Assembly (NCBI RefSeq): GCF_009914755.1
Contig: NC_060930.1
Direction: 5' to 3' (one strand)
Length of the DNA stretch: 64,000 bases
DNA from: the human T2T-CHM13v2.0 reference genome, Homo sapiens
In this document: piece by piece, positions 29,230 to 42,791 of the stretch
Position numbering within the stretch: the stretch's first letter is position 1
Layout of the letters: every line of letters starts with the position of its first letter
Position numbers and translations under genes: made by a program
Notes under the pieces: generated by a model
What the model saw: the letters and a program-made list of their open reading frames with translations, nothing else
Databases searched by the model: none
What the model was told of the DNA's origin: nothing

Positions 29230-29620
29230 AGCAGGCAGTGAGGGGCCTCTAATCACCATGCTGACTGCATGGGGAATTGCCCGTGTTATGTGGTAGCAGC
29301 CACTTTATTAAATATCGATTTAAATCACGGCCTTTAATCAAATCGGATAGAAGACCTTTTTCACCTTCGCCCCTCTTCGGCTCCTCCTCGCCCTCCTCCT
29401 TTTCCAATCAGCCTGCCTGGTGACATCCGAGCTGAGGGATGAATAGTCAGCAAGGAGTTCACCAGCAAACCCTTTTCAACAGTAATGAGGCATTTGTGAT
29501 AATCGAGTGATGAAATGTAAATGGGCAGTAATGAGCACAATTACATCCACTAGGGAACCATCAACGTGGCTTCTTTCCTCACAGATAGATAAGCTCTTTC
29601 CCTGTCATTGCCTACTGCTG
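29230..29620. promoter_or_regulatory. Candidate enhancer/proximal regulatory block beside the CpG island
   Basis: No repeat recognised; retains CpGs; ONECUT/CUX-like TATCGATTT (29313-29321), CCAAT (29404-29408), CAGTAATGAG twice, kappaB-like GGGGAATTGCCC. Confidence 0.5.
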
Positions 29621-29629
29621 ACTTCACTG

Positions 29630-30160
29630 GGAGGCAGGGTGCCCAGCGAGCGCAGGGTGGGGGCGCGCCCTGGGATGGGTGGGGAGGCTGAGAACTGGCG
29701 GAGAGCAGGGCCGTGGCAGCGGGCGGGGCGGAGAGAACCCCCACCCGCACTACAAGGCCTTGAGCACCCGGGCCTTGCGGTTCCTCTGCCGGCTCCCATC
29801 CTTCTCCGCCTCTCCTCCTCCTTCCCTCCGAGGACGCTGGGGCTCCATTTGCCGCGCGGCTGGAAAGTCGCCTGCGTGCGCTAATGAGCTCAAGGTGAGC
29901 CGCGGCCTGTTGGTTACATTGAAAAACTGTGCGGAGTGACCGGGGCCGGCTGCGTGTGAGCAGAGACTGAAGCCAAGAAATGGGAGCCTTGCCAGGAAGC
30001 ACGAGTGCCACCGCTGCTTGTGTCATCTTTGTAGTCAGGCGACCAACAGCGGAGAAAGACGCCGGCATTTCCAGGAAAGCGGGCAGCCCCGCGCATCTGC
30101 CACCGGCCTACCCAGACTCTGGCTTGGCCTGGCGCGATGTGTTGACAGGCCGGGGATGGT
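29630..30160. promoter_or_regulatory. Small CpG island (orphan promoter/enhancer candidate)
   Basis: About 40 CpGs counted by eye in ~520 bp of GC-rich non-repeat sequence within an AT-rich window; GC box GGGCGGGGCGG at 29721-29731; GGCGCGCC; TGCGTG twice. Confidence 0.85.
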
Positions 30161-31109
30161 CTACCCACTGCAGACCAAATCTCAGAGGATGGGAAATGTT
30201 TTGTGGTTTTAAAAATTCTAAAATAACTTCGGAACAACATAGGGTGCCCTTGACATAAGAAATATGCTAAGAAGGTGTTTTACGAACGCAGTAAATGAAT
30301 TACTGGTTCACCACTGTGATTTTATTGTGCATATATAGTCGTATTACAAATGATACATATATTCCTTATGAATAATTTTCTAAAGTGAATTGTGTTGATG
30401 TATAGATGTAACGGATCAGTTAGCAAAGTGAAAATTGATTTTAATAATTTTTCATCAATTAAAAGTCCACCATGATCATTTTGTATTCAAAAAAGTTAAA
30501 ATTTTTAAAATATTTCTTTTGTGTGTGGTAGAAACTACCTATCTCTTTTATTTTGTTCTTTGAACTTTTCATCATTAAATGGAAAGCCAGAGTTGTCAAA
30601 TTATAATAAAATATTAGGCCAAATTCTGTCCACAGAACAGTCTACAAAATTTACATGACTATTGGTCAATATGAGAAATGCATGTATGGTTTAATAATGT
30701 TTTTTGGCCCCAAGACAATTTGACATGTGGAGGCATTTTTTTTCCTTCAATTTCTCAAGTGTTTACTTTCAGCACTACTTTTTCTTGGAATATTCATTTC
30801 AAAGAGTACTGTGTTTATGGAACGCTCAGGTCCATGCGTGTTTTCTTCTTCATATCCTTGAACATATGTGGAAAGTTCAATAAAATGACTCACTCAGTAA
30901 ACTGATGAATTGGCTGTTGGCGAACTGGTCATTTGGTTTATCACATATTCAGTAAATAGCCTTTTGGCAAGCCGACTTTTGTTCAACTGGCTTTCAAAAC
31001 TTTGAATGCACTTAGAAAGCTATAGTGATTGTTTAAAAATGCCAATCCAACCAAATTAAAACAAAATCAATCTCATCTACTAATTTACTATAAAACGGTA
31101 ATATCTCAT

Positions 31110-31680
31110 CAAATCATGACCCTGGGCTACTGCAAGAACCTTACTCTTCTGACTAAGATGTATATCAGAAACTTACTGAGGCCGTAAATATGCAAGCAAT
31201 GAAAATTTGAGAGTTTAGCATGGCATAAAACATCTTCTCCATGCCCGGCCTTGCCTGTTCCTGCAACCTTGCTTCTTTCAACTCTTCAACTTGTAGTCTG
31301 TCCTCTGGGTAACTGAAATGTAGTAGTTCCCTACAAACATTGTGCAATTTCACACCTCCATGGCTTTGTTTATGCCAGTCTTTCTATCCTGAGGACTCTA
31401 CCCTTGCGTTCTTTTTTGCCTTCTTATTCTTCATCAATGGGCAACCTGCACATCCCTTCCTCCTTGAGAAGCCTTGCCGAGTTCCCAAGACTACATTATT
31501 TTTTGTTTGTTTTTTCAGCATCAATTGCTTTATTTGTTTCTTAGTTCTGTATAGCATATTTTATTCATAGTAAAATCCTTGGGGTTAAACAGCCAAAGAT
31601 CAATTTTTAGGTTTATATCTCTCCCATGTAGTTTATTGCCTCAAGCATAGTAGTTTCTCAGTAAATGTTTAGTAACTAGA
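31110..31680 (+). mobile_element. L2 fragments
   Basis: CTGGGCTACTGCAAGAACCT; CACACCTCCATGGCTTTG; GCATAGTAGTTTCTCAGTAAATGTTT tail. Confidence 0.55.
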
Positions 31681-33720
31681 AATGGAAAAGTTTTAATTCA
31701 CCTCTCTGACTTAATAAGTTCTCAGAGTTGAACCTAATTGCATTTTAGCTTTGTCTTTTTATTTCTTACCTTTTATCTCTTACTCCTTAAAAAGCAGAGT
31801 CAGAAAATAACCATTAAATCAAACGTTCTATGAGGTTGTGTGTTCATGAAACCTTAAAAAAATTATCTCTTCCTTTCTGGTAGAATAAAACTCAATCTTC
31901 TCAGTATGATTGTTTTACTGAGAATCTGACAGGAACAAAGGTATAGATCTATCACTTAAAGAATGCTTTATTTGTGGTTGTTTTTTTCTTTCAAAAACAG
32001 TTTGCATGAAATGACAACATAAGAATAGCTGACCTAGTTAAGAGAACAAGCTGCTTAAACAATATGGAACCATGTATTTGAATTTAAAATTGCACAACAA
32101 TAAATCCTTTTAGATATATTAATTGAAATAGATAACCCATTTAGAAAAAAAAGAAGATGACTACTTGGTAACAGATTTTTGTCTGGTTAAAAATCTCATA
32201 ATAGATGTTTCTCTAATTCAGACTGCCTTTGCTTACAATTCATTATGATCCAGTGGGCTGGAAGGTACCAGTGTTAAGCTATTTCTTTTGTTCATTTTTT
32301 GGTGACTTTTCCTCCAAGCTAACTCTTTAGTATTATTTCACTAGTGCTTAGCAGCTCTTCCATAAGAAGAAATTGGAAATATAATCCAGTAAATTGCATT
32401 AATTTGGGGATGGGAGCAAGACACACATTTTAAGAAAAAGTTGGCAGAATGAGATGAAAATTTAAAAATTATAATTTTCAGTTAGTCACTCCTTTATTTT
32501 GAGCTTGCTGCATTATATGGAATTCTGAAATGTGCCTAATTTTAAATGCACATATATCATTTTATCATTGTATTCATTTATTATTTTGTAAAAATCTGTT
32601 AACAGTAAGCCTAAAGGCCATACTTAAGCTACCATCCTAAAAAAATTATGAAGAAGCTCATTTGAGTCTTTTAGAAACAACATCAGTCTATTATATACAG
32701 CACATATCAACAATACATTTCACTTTCAAACTATCGCATAACCCATCCTGCAGTTATTCATGGATGCGTTTAGAGGAGGTTATTTTCCCCCTGACAAAAA
32801 TGGGCCATTTTTCCCTGTTTAGCAAAATCTGGAACACAGATCATTATAGTGCTTTTGGCAGCTAATTTGAACATCAGTGACTCAACTTTGAGAAGAGCCT
32901 TTTTTCTGCCCTAAAGAATCTCTGAGTTTTCAGACTCCAGTAATTGAAAAATCCCCAAACACTCACTCACAGAGGAGATACACATTACTGCAGGAACAGT
33001 CTACAAATTGTAAAGTATTCAATTTACATCCCTAGCACCTCAGGGCAGTTCTGAAGAATTTATATCTTTGGGAACCTTTGAACTAACAAAAGATAACATT
33101 TCACAGTAAAGTCTACTTGCATAAAAGTTTTTAACTCCCTTCTTTCCTTTTGCAAAGAAACTACTTCTTTCACTTGCAATTCTAACTAGGAAAAGTTTAT
33201 ATTCACTAAGACGCAACCATAAAAAAGGTCGGACAGAAAATAAAAGAAAGAAAGAAAAAAACTCACAAGATGATGCCTGAATTTATGTTAATCACTCCCA
33301 AGCCCCCATGGCATGGTTATTACAACTCTTAGTTTTAAAATAACAAAGCACAAAATGATTTTATTTTTGTGATTGTACTTCAAATTTGAAGAAAAACATG
33401 ATAAAGGGGTGGATTTTTATTGGATCCTTATTGCTTTTATTGGAACATTAAAATTTGGAGCATCCATGCAGGCAACCCCTTGTCAAAAGGTTCTGATTAA
33501 CAAATAAAAATTCTTCTCCTTGTTAATTACCACATATACTTCCACAGCCAATGAACCTTAAATGATTCATTTAATTTAAAAAATATGGCTCTATAGTATT
33601 TGGTTTTCCTTATTTCCCAGCTTTTGTAAGTGAAGCAGTAAGAAATCTGCAACGGATTAAATTGGACCTATATTTTCTAGGTAGGGAATGGTTTTTCTCC
33701 GCCCCTCCCTCTGGCTTTTT

Positions 33721-34063
<343 letters not shown>

Positions 34064-35653
34064 TGATCAGAGATGATTTCTGGCAGAGTAATTACTAATC
34101 TTCTGACATCTGTGGCTCAGCCCAGTTTTAGCATTTGGATTGAAAATACAAAAAGCAAAGGAAAAACCCTCTATGAGACGCTCTCTAAATTTTTTAATGA
34201 GCGTATTCATTATCAATACTATAAGTATTGTAAAAATAAGGAAATGTAACGATAAGGAAACAGTTTAAATGCAATAGTCTGATAAGCTTTTTTTTTTTTT
34301 TTTAGGTTAAAACTTGATCAATGTTTCTGTTAACTAATAATCTAGGAATCAACAATCTCATAAAACTGGTTTATTCAGCCCAGAAAATTAGGCAATCCAT
34401 CATGACTGATTTGCTCACATTTCCGTCTGCAAATAAGTGAGATGGAAACTTTAAAACCAATAAGATAATGCACTTTACAAATTCAACTGAGAGAGATGGA
34501 TAAACTAAGATGCCACTGGCATCAGTTACAAAAAAAAAAATCTGTCGTGTTTCCAATTATTTGAGCAGATTTTTGTATCCCAATTTGCTGCCAGCCTGGC
34601 TGCATCTAGCCCCCTCCTCCTGTTTTCTCAAACCAAATCATCAGGTCTTAAATCAGAACGAGCTCATCATATCATCCTATGAAAGGCCATCAGGGGATAA
34701 AGGACACCAGATGTTATATGAGTTTTCTTTTAGGCTTTCATTTCAGCCTTCCTGCATTCCCCATGCTGCTTTTTACTTGTCAGAAACTAAAATGTGCTTT
34801 GATAGATAACAACCCTATTTTCTTCACTGGCTGAGCTTAGAGAATACCATTAAGTATTGATATCTAGGGTGCTTAACTAGGGAATGCAATCACAGCAGTG
34901 CCAAAATTGGGGTTCTGTTGTATTATTGTACATGCCAAGATTTTTGAAAAACTCAAAATTAATTTTGTTTTCCCGAGGAAAAAAATACATAGTTTTAGTT
35001 GTGGGAGATGAAAGGAAGGGGAATCAAGGCGAGTCCTTATTAGTATCTCTGCTTCCTCCTGCAGATATTAGCACACATCCCGGAGTCCAAATAACCCTGC
35101 CAAGCCGAGCAGAGGTAGATTTTTGAAATGGAATGATGGCCCCAACTGCCAAAGCAAATTATTAAAATGCTCTATACTTTGAGAGCTTAGCATTTGCCTA
35201 ACTTTGGGTTTGTTAACAAAGGACAAAAAAAAAAAAAAAAAAAAAAGAGCTCTTCCATAATCTGTAGAGTCTCAGACATGCTGTCGTTCTGTTTACTGAT
35301 GATAACAACTCGTTGACACATGGCAAACTACAGCATCTTGATTCACTTATGGGGCGGTTCAAGGTCAGCCACATACTAGTTACAAGAATATAGCCACATT
35401 ATGTGATTTGATTCAAGAGACTAGCTCACTCTTCTCTGGTTTCCAATGAAATGATTTTTTAAAAGGACTTTCATAGCCATGGCAGTGTATGTGTTGTAAA
35501 GGGATTATGCACAAATCCTACTTGTGGCTAGCGTGTGCTCCTCCTGGGAGGTAGATAGATAAAAGTTACAATGAATGAGAATAGGTGTTTACCTACAATG
35601 ACCTTAGGTCATGTAAGTGGAGGAAAACCTTGAATCGTGTTTTATAGGAAATA

Positions 35654-35879
35654 TCACTGTCCTTAATCAGAGGTGGTTCCTTTCTCTCCTCCAGGGAACA
35701 TTTGGCAATGTCTGGGATTGTTTTTGATTGCCGCGACTGGGGGACTGATGGGGAGGAGTGGATTCCTGGCATCTAATGAGTAGAAGCTAGGGATGCTGCC
35801 AAGCATCCTGCAACGCACAGAACAGCCCCAGCCCAACAATTATTCAGCCTCAAATGCTAGTAGTGGTTGAGAAACCTCG
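35654..35879 (+). mobile_element. MER20 (hAT-Charlie MITE)
   Basis: CCAGGGAACATTTGGCAATGTCTGG...CTGGCATCTAATGAGTAGAAGCTAGGGATGCTGC...GTTGAGAAACC. Confidence 0.85.
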
Positions 35880-38800
35880 GCATAAAAGATGAAAACAGTA
35901 AAATGAGCACTAATGTCAAACGCTGGGAGAATAAGAGAGGGGAGGAGGTGCCAGAAGTGGTCAGCACTGTCCATTCAAAGAAAACTGGGGAGTGAGCGAA
36001 TGCTAGAGTTCTTTCACGTGGTTCCTGGAGGTGCAACAGGATTCAACCTAAAGAAACTTCCAGGGCTGCCTACCCCACTTACAACCTTCTGCACGCAGTG
36101 GCCAGAAATTATTAAAAAGTATCCGGTAATATTAATCCGTATGATAAAAAGGTACCCTGCTGTTCAGATTAAACCTTGCAATGGTCCATGACCCAGAGAC
36201 TACCAAAATGGTGCATCATGGCTACTAGGTAAATGTTCCTTTAATGAACAAAAGAATAATTGGATTTTAATTGAATGAATAAACAAATGAGCTATTTCTG
36301 GATGTCCGCACTTGGAGAGGTTTACTGACTCTTTCTTAGTCACTAAACCCAGCAGGAGTGGCTTAATGACTCATACCTTAGGGATTTTAAGGGAGGGATG
36401 CAGACCTCAGAGCTTCTGATATGCACGGAAGCATCCAGCTCACCTGTCTTCTCTTAACCCCATTAAATTAATTCTCCGCGTTGCAGCCGTATCGCTGCCT
36501 AAAAATATTCATCATAGCACCCATTCCTACAGGCTACAGTTTAATTATTTAGTATTGTGTTCAATACCATCCTTGATCCCAAATTAACCCCCTCTTCTTT
36601 CATGTTTTGCTACCTTCCATCACCTGTTTAATGCTCTGATCATTTCCTGCCCCCATGTGTTTCATCCTTCCATACCTTTCCTCCTATTGTTCTGTTGGCC
36701 TTCGATAAAAACCTCCATTTACGCTTCAGGTTAACTCCCACTCCCACTCCAATGAGATAATCATCTCCACTGGGCAGTGTCCATGGAAACCTTTGTTTAG
36801 ACTAAATATCTTATTTTCCTGTTCTCTTTCAGCGTCTTTAAACGTCATCATGATAGCGTCATCATTAAGTTGATGGTATTACGGTGATTTTCAAACTGTG
36901 CTGAGTTGTTCATTTCGTTCAGGCTCCATAGCATGTGACAATGACAGAGAGAAGTAAATGGAATTCTGAGTCTGACCTCTCTTCAAATGTGGAAACTTTG
37001 CTTTCATCAGTTTTAGATAGGATTACCCATGTAAGACATGATTTAAAGAAAGTTATCTGCAGCAACATCAATGAAGAGTAACAAAACAACTGAAAATATT
37101 ATAATATGATTTTTAAATTATCTGCCTGTGGTACTTTTATAAAGTCTGCAATGCCATGCACCAAACATAATGCTTAGAAATAAAACGTAGGTGTTGAACT
37201 GAATAGATTTTACCCACCAAAAGCACTGAATTAATGGTAGGTAATGATAATAATAATATTTTTTATTCTAAGTATTCAAAGTCAATGTTTTTATATGTAG
37301 CAAATGATCACTAAATAACATGTATATATGTGTGTGTGCATATGTGTGTAAATATAGAAAGTTATATATTGCATATTTAACTTTCTCTAAATGTAGATAT
37401 AAATGTGTATATATGTACACATATACTGATATGTACACTTATCATCTCCCTACAAAAATACTTCTTTATTCGAAATTGTAAAATGATGCTGAATCTTCAA
37501 ATCCTGCTCCCCATTTGCATTTCGTTAAGGAATTTCAGGATTTACTTACAAAACCACATTCTGAAAAGTGGTTTGTAAGTGTTGTTGCACGTGAGAATTC
37601 AACGTAATTATCTATTGTCATCAGAATAGACATGAAGGATTATGAGAAGTTCTTTTTGTCATGAAGCCCATGCTGATCCCATATCACATGGGGATCAATC
37701 TGCAAATCAGTCATCGACAGGGGAGATGAGATTTATTGATTGTACAACCTGAGCAGCTCTAAATATGCAAGTGTCACCATTGGAAATGAAGACAATGGCT
37801 TGAAGGCAACCTGGGACCATCATTCACACAATTTGAGTGGATTTTCATAAAGGGAATCTGAGACTGCGGCTGGTTAATACATGGCTAAGTAGGCTATGGC
37901 TCAAATTATGAAAAACTGACAAGCAATTTATAAGTTAAATCGTAAATATCCAAAGTCCAGGACCTTGTGTTTTAAGAAACAAAAATGTGTGACTGTCTAA
38001 GCAAGAGATACTGGACAAAAATTTCTATGATATCAGAACTCATCATCCTAAAATAGAATTCAGGGAAAAATTAAATGGATTTTTAAAAATCAGTTAACAC
38101 AATGTATTACTTATTAAATTCTTTCATGGAGCAAATAGAAGACTAATTTCTCTGGAGCCATTCATGCCCCCAAAAGTTATAATTAAAGACACAAATTGAA
38201 TGATTTTAATAATGATGAACGTTCACCTTTTTAGTGCTTAGGTATGGTAATATGATAGTCACAGAAGGACTCCATCTTCCATTTTCATTTAACTTTCTCT
38301 CCTGGGATTTATAAGGGCACTTTTTCTCATTTATTTATTTATGGACATTAAAATATCAGGAGCTGAGTGGCTGCTTTTTAAAGATTGAATTAGTCTCAAC
38401 TACTCAAAAAAGCATAGCAGGGTTTTGAGACCACGGAAGGCTTTCTGAATTTCCCAGTGTGCACATCTAGGAATATTTACCTCTTCATATCTTTCCAGTT
38501 ATACAGGGTCCTGCCAAGAACAAGGATTTGCACGTATATTGGCGCACTGCCTCTGTTGTTTTCCTTTTCGCAGAATACAATTAGTGATCAGTGATGCCTT
38601 TATAGAAAGCAGTCATAACAGAAAAGTGAAATCAAAAATGTTCTTGAAAGATGGAGGCAAAAAAAATGCAGTATTAAAACTTGCTGGAGAATAAGCAACC
38701 TCTGCAAGCTGGTTGGTCAGAATATTTGTATTTTCGTATCATTTAGGAAAATCCTATTATGGCTTTAGCTACAGAAACATCCCTGGTGTGCAAGATAGAG

Positions 38801-39149
38801 GCAGTTCATAAAACACGCAGCATTTTCAGCCGGAAAATAGGGCAACCTATTGCTTTCTGTAGATGGCTGTTACACCCCAGTTCCCATCAATAGAACATAA
38901 TCTCATTGCAGCAGGCAATACTTGATATCAACGAAACACCAGTTTTCTAGGTACATGCGACTATTCTTACCTAAAAGACAAAAAGATTCTATTTCTGCAA
39001 TGACCAGTATCTTCAGAACATAGTTAATAAAACAAGGTAGTCAAACAAAGAGGTACAGTAGTTAAACACAGGTACGCAGAGAATTCTACCACCCTTCCAC
39101 CCTTTTTCTTTGCTCTTCAATCTCTCTCTGTCTCTTTCCTGCATAAACT

Positions 39150-39900
39150 GTCAATTCTCCAAATGCTACTACAAAATGATTTCAGTCAGTGTCAGTGTCA
39201 GCTGACTCAATAATTGATAGCCCGATCATTAGATGCTAAATCAGATGACTGTTTCCAAAATGCCTTCTCACTACTAGAGTAGGGGGAAATCTATGTGCAT
39301 TTGCCTCTTGATCAGGATAATTTCCCCAAAGAATGGGCTAGATGCCAAGTTGCAAAGGCCTGTTTGCATCTAGGACTGGGTAGGCCACACACCCAATTTA
39401 GCCAATCTTTAGCCATGCAAAATAAAATAAGTTTTGCTGTGCTGATGTCACAATGATTAAAATATAATAAGCTAATGAGATTACAATAGCTGATTGTGAA
39501 CAAGACCAATTGTGTTAATTGGAAGCTCCTGAATGGCAATTTTAGCTGCTGCTGAGTTTTGAAATATAATCAGTTTTACTAATTTTATCTGATTTCTTAA
39601 TGAAGCTTGCCCTGAGCAATTGTTCTATGTGTTCTTTAGCAAACAGTGTGTGTCATAACTGCTGACATTCATCTTGATTACTTTAGTTAAAATAAATAGT
39701 TATACTTGGGCGGCTTTCAGAGAATACATCACAGTAGATGTAATGCTGGAAAGCAATGGGCTCTTGGTTTTTTTCTTTGTTTGGCTACATTTTATTTGCT
39801 TCATTCCAACCATGAAGATTTTCTTTGGTGTTACCAGATCTTTCCCAGAGTCTTGGTGTATGAATCAAGCAGAGATACTATTTGTTGTTTTGTAATATTC
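39150..39900. promoter_or_regulatory. Candidate enhancer (repeat-free, TF-motif dense)
   Basis: TGTCAG repeats, GTCAGCTGAC palindrome overlapping TGACTCA, multiple TAAT/ATTA, ACAAT/ATTGT and ATGCAAAAT. Confidence 0.4.
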
Positions 39901-42067
39901 CTCCATCAATAAGTGGAGTAAATTCCTTCATCAATTTACAGGAATAAAGATAAGATTGGCACTGAGGAGAAGGTAACAGACTTTTGTGTTGGCAACACAC
40001 AGATTATACCATCAAAACCATCCACCAACATTAATGGCTGAGGCTGCAAGAGAGCGAGCACTCAAGTTATTTGTTTTCACAGAGGATTAATATACATTGG
40101 ATGGCTCCTCCAAGCTTTTTGAGTGTATTGGAAGACTGCCACGCCATACAGCCAGTTATAAAAGACTGAGAATGCTAAGAGAAAATAAAGTTTGGGGAAA
40201 CCAAAAATGCCATTTGAGTAAGTTAAAAAAAAACATCTTTCATGGTGTTGATTTTTTTACTCACAATCTTTCAACATCTGCAATTAGGATTGTATATTTA
40301 GATTATTTAGTGCTTGTGAGCAAAGATTAAATGGATTTTTACAGGAATAAGCTAGGGGATAGGATAAAAGCTTTTGGAATCCTATGGAACATCTAAAACA
40401 AGATAATACATATTAAAACATCATGAAAGAGTTTTTTTTAATTAAGTGATTGCACAAGCAAGGGTATTATACCATTCCCCCCAGCCACATGAACAGTTAA
40501 AAACATTTTTATTGAGTTGCAACATTGCTTACAGGTAGGCATGTAAATTGCACACATCTTGTGTACTGCTCAATTCATTTTTATGTACGCATATATCCAT
40601 GAACCACCGAGACTGAGATCAAGAGCTAGAACATTTCTCATACTCCAGATTCACTTGATAATTATTTTATCTTTGTTGGTGTTTCTTTTACCTACGGTTA
40701 TACAATAAATTAATAAATGTCTCCATTTCTTATGTGGTCCTTGGCTCAGTTTAATATTGAGGCTATTCTAGGCTTGTACCTTAGGGGTTTCTAAGCTCTT
40801 CTTTTTCTGCCCTCTGGAACAGTGTGCATAAGTTATGGATTATCTATTTCTTGAAATTCTGATACATACAAAGAGTATTTAAAAACCCACCTGGGCCCAT
40901 CTATTTTGTTGCTCTGCATTTCCATGATCATTTATATTTATTTACCTATCTTCCTAGAAAATTCTCTGTTGTATCTAACTTTCAAATTACAAGTATGTAT
41001 TTATTATTCAAAGAATTCTCATACCTATTTCCTTTTTTATAAAGCTTTCTGTTTTGATATAATTTCAAACTTGCAGAAAACTTGCAAGAATAAGAAAAGG
41101 AACTCTCATGTACTCTTCACCATTCACTATTACCATTCACGATTTATTTACACTTTGCCTTACCACTTGCTTTACTGTTCTCTCTCATACTGTCTCCCTG
41201 GATAAAAACATAGATAGGTAGATAGATAGATAAAACATATTTCTCAACTATTTGAAAGCAAGTTAAAGATATCATGTCCCTTTACCCCTAAATACTTCAG
41301 TCTGCATATGCTAAGAACAAAGAATATTTTCTCACATAACCACAGTACAGTTATCATTATCAGGAAATTTAACAATAATAAAATACCATTATCTAATGTA
41401 CCATTCATATTTAGGTTTTATCAATCATCTCAATAATGTCCTTTATAGCTACATTTTTTTTACTAGTTCAAGATCAAGGCCACGATTATGCATTTAGTTT
41501 AGCAATATCTCTTTAATCAACTTTAATCTGAAATACTTCCTCTGTCTTTGTTTTTTTTATTTTGTAGAATGCTACTCAGATTAGGTTTGTCTGATGTTTT
41601 GTCATAATTGAATTCAGATTATGCATTTTTAGTAGAAATACATCAAACATGTTTTCTTTTTATCTCATTTTATTAGAAAGTGCATGCTGTCAGTTAATCC
41701 AAATATTAGTGATGTAATATTTGGAGACTGAATTAATGTGGGATCAACTTAGGTCTTTATATTGTAAAGTTAATATTCCCTGTTATTAATAAGTAAGTTA
41801 CTGAGAGATACTGTGAGCCTATGTAAACATCTTGTTCCTTAACAAATTTGCACCATGAGTTTTACTTTTTATTGATGATTTTCTAACCTCATGTTTGCAT
41901 ATTTATGTCAGTGTTCTACTTGAGGAAAGAGATGTTCTCCTTTTCTCTATTGATGTATTTATTGATTTATATTCATATAAATTCTTATATAATGAGTTAT
42001 AATCCGCTTCTCTGATAATTATTTTGATGTTCAAATTATCTCAGATTTGACTGGGACAGCTGAGGCT

Positions 42068-42791
42068 TGCCATCCTCTGAATGTGTCCCCCAAAATTCAT
42101 GTGTTGAAACTTAACCCCTGATGCAACAATGTTGAAAGGTGGGGCCTTTGGGGAAATGTTTAGGCCAGTGGTCCCAAAACTTTTTGGCACCAGGGACCAG
42201 TCTGACTGGTTTTGTGGAAGACAATTTTTCCACAGATGGCCAAGAAGAGAGGGGGGAGGGGAGAGGGGGGATTGTTTCTAGATGAAAGTATCCCACCTCA
42301 GATCATCATGCCTTAGATTCTCATAAGGAGCACATAGAGTTCATGCTCCTATGAGAATCTAATGCTGCCCCAATCTTACAGGAGGCAGAGCTCAGGCAGT
42401 AATGCTCACTTGCTCACCACTCACCTCCTGCTGTGTGGCCCGGTTCCTAACAAGCCACACACTGGTACTAGTTTGCACTCCATGGGTTAGGGACCCCTGG
42501 TTTAGGCCAGAAGGGCCCCACCCTTATGAATTGCTTAACACTATTGTAAAACGGCTTGATGAGGACGTTTGGTCCCTTTTACCTTTCCAGCCCTTCTGCC
42601 ACGTGAGAACACAGCTTTCCTCTTCTCTGGAGGATGCCATCTTGGAAACAGACCAACTGGTCTCATCACACAAGGAAACCTGCTGGTGTCTGGACCTTGG
42701 ACTTCTCAGTTCCAGAACTATGAGAAATCAATTTCTTTATAAATGACCCAGGCTGTGGTGTTGTGTTATAGTGACACAATGGACTAAGACA
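42068..42791 (+). mobile_element. MSTD-like MaLR solo LTR
   Basis: CTGAATGTGTCCCCCAAAATTCATGTGTTGAAACTTAA...TGGACTAAGACA; TSD AGGCT/GGGCT. Confidence 0.85.
42166..42499 (-). mobile_element. MER1B (hAT-Charlie MITE)
   Basis: TIRs CAGTGGTCCC...GGGACCCCTG; perfect 8-bp TSD GTTTAGGC at 42158-42165 and 42500-42507. Confidence 0.92.

Noticed and set aside
29507-30258. Overlapping ORFs up to 172 aa on both strands over the CpG island
   Set aside because: Expected from stop-codon depletion in GC-rich DNA; low-complexity R/G/P/A composition; no recognisable domain.
30890-31000. CRISPR-like interpretation of the periodic repeats
   Set aside because: No constant repeat with unique spacers, no cas genes, and the context is primate genomic DNA.
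34279-34310. Poly-T followed by AG as the acceptor for the CpG-island donor
   Set aside because: No matching downstream donor was identified, and poly-T runs mimic acceptors by chance.
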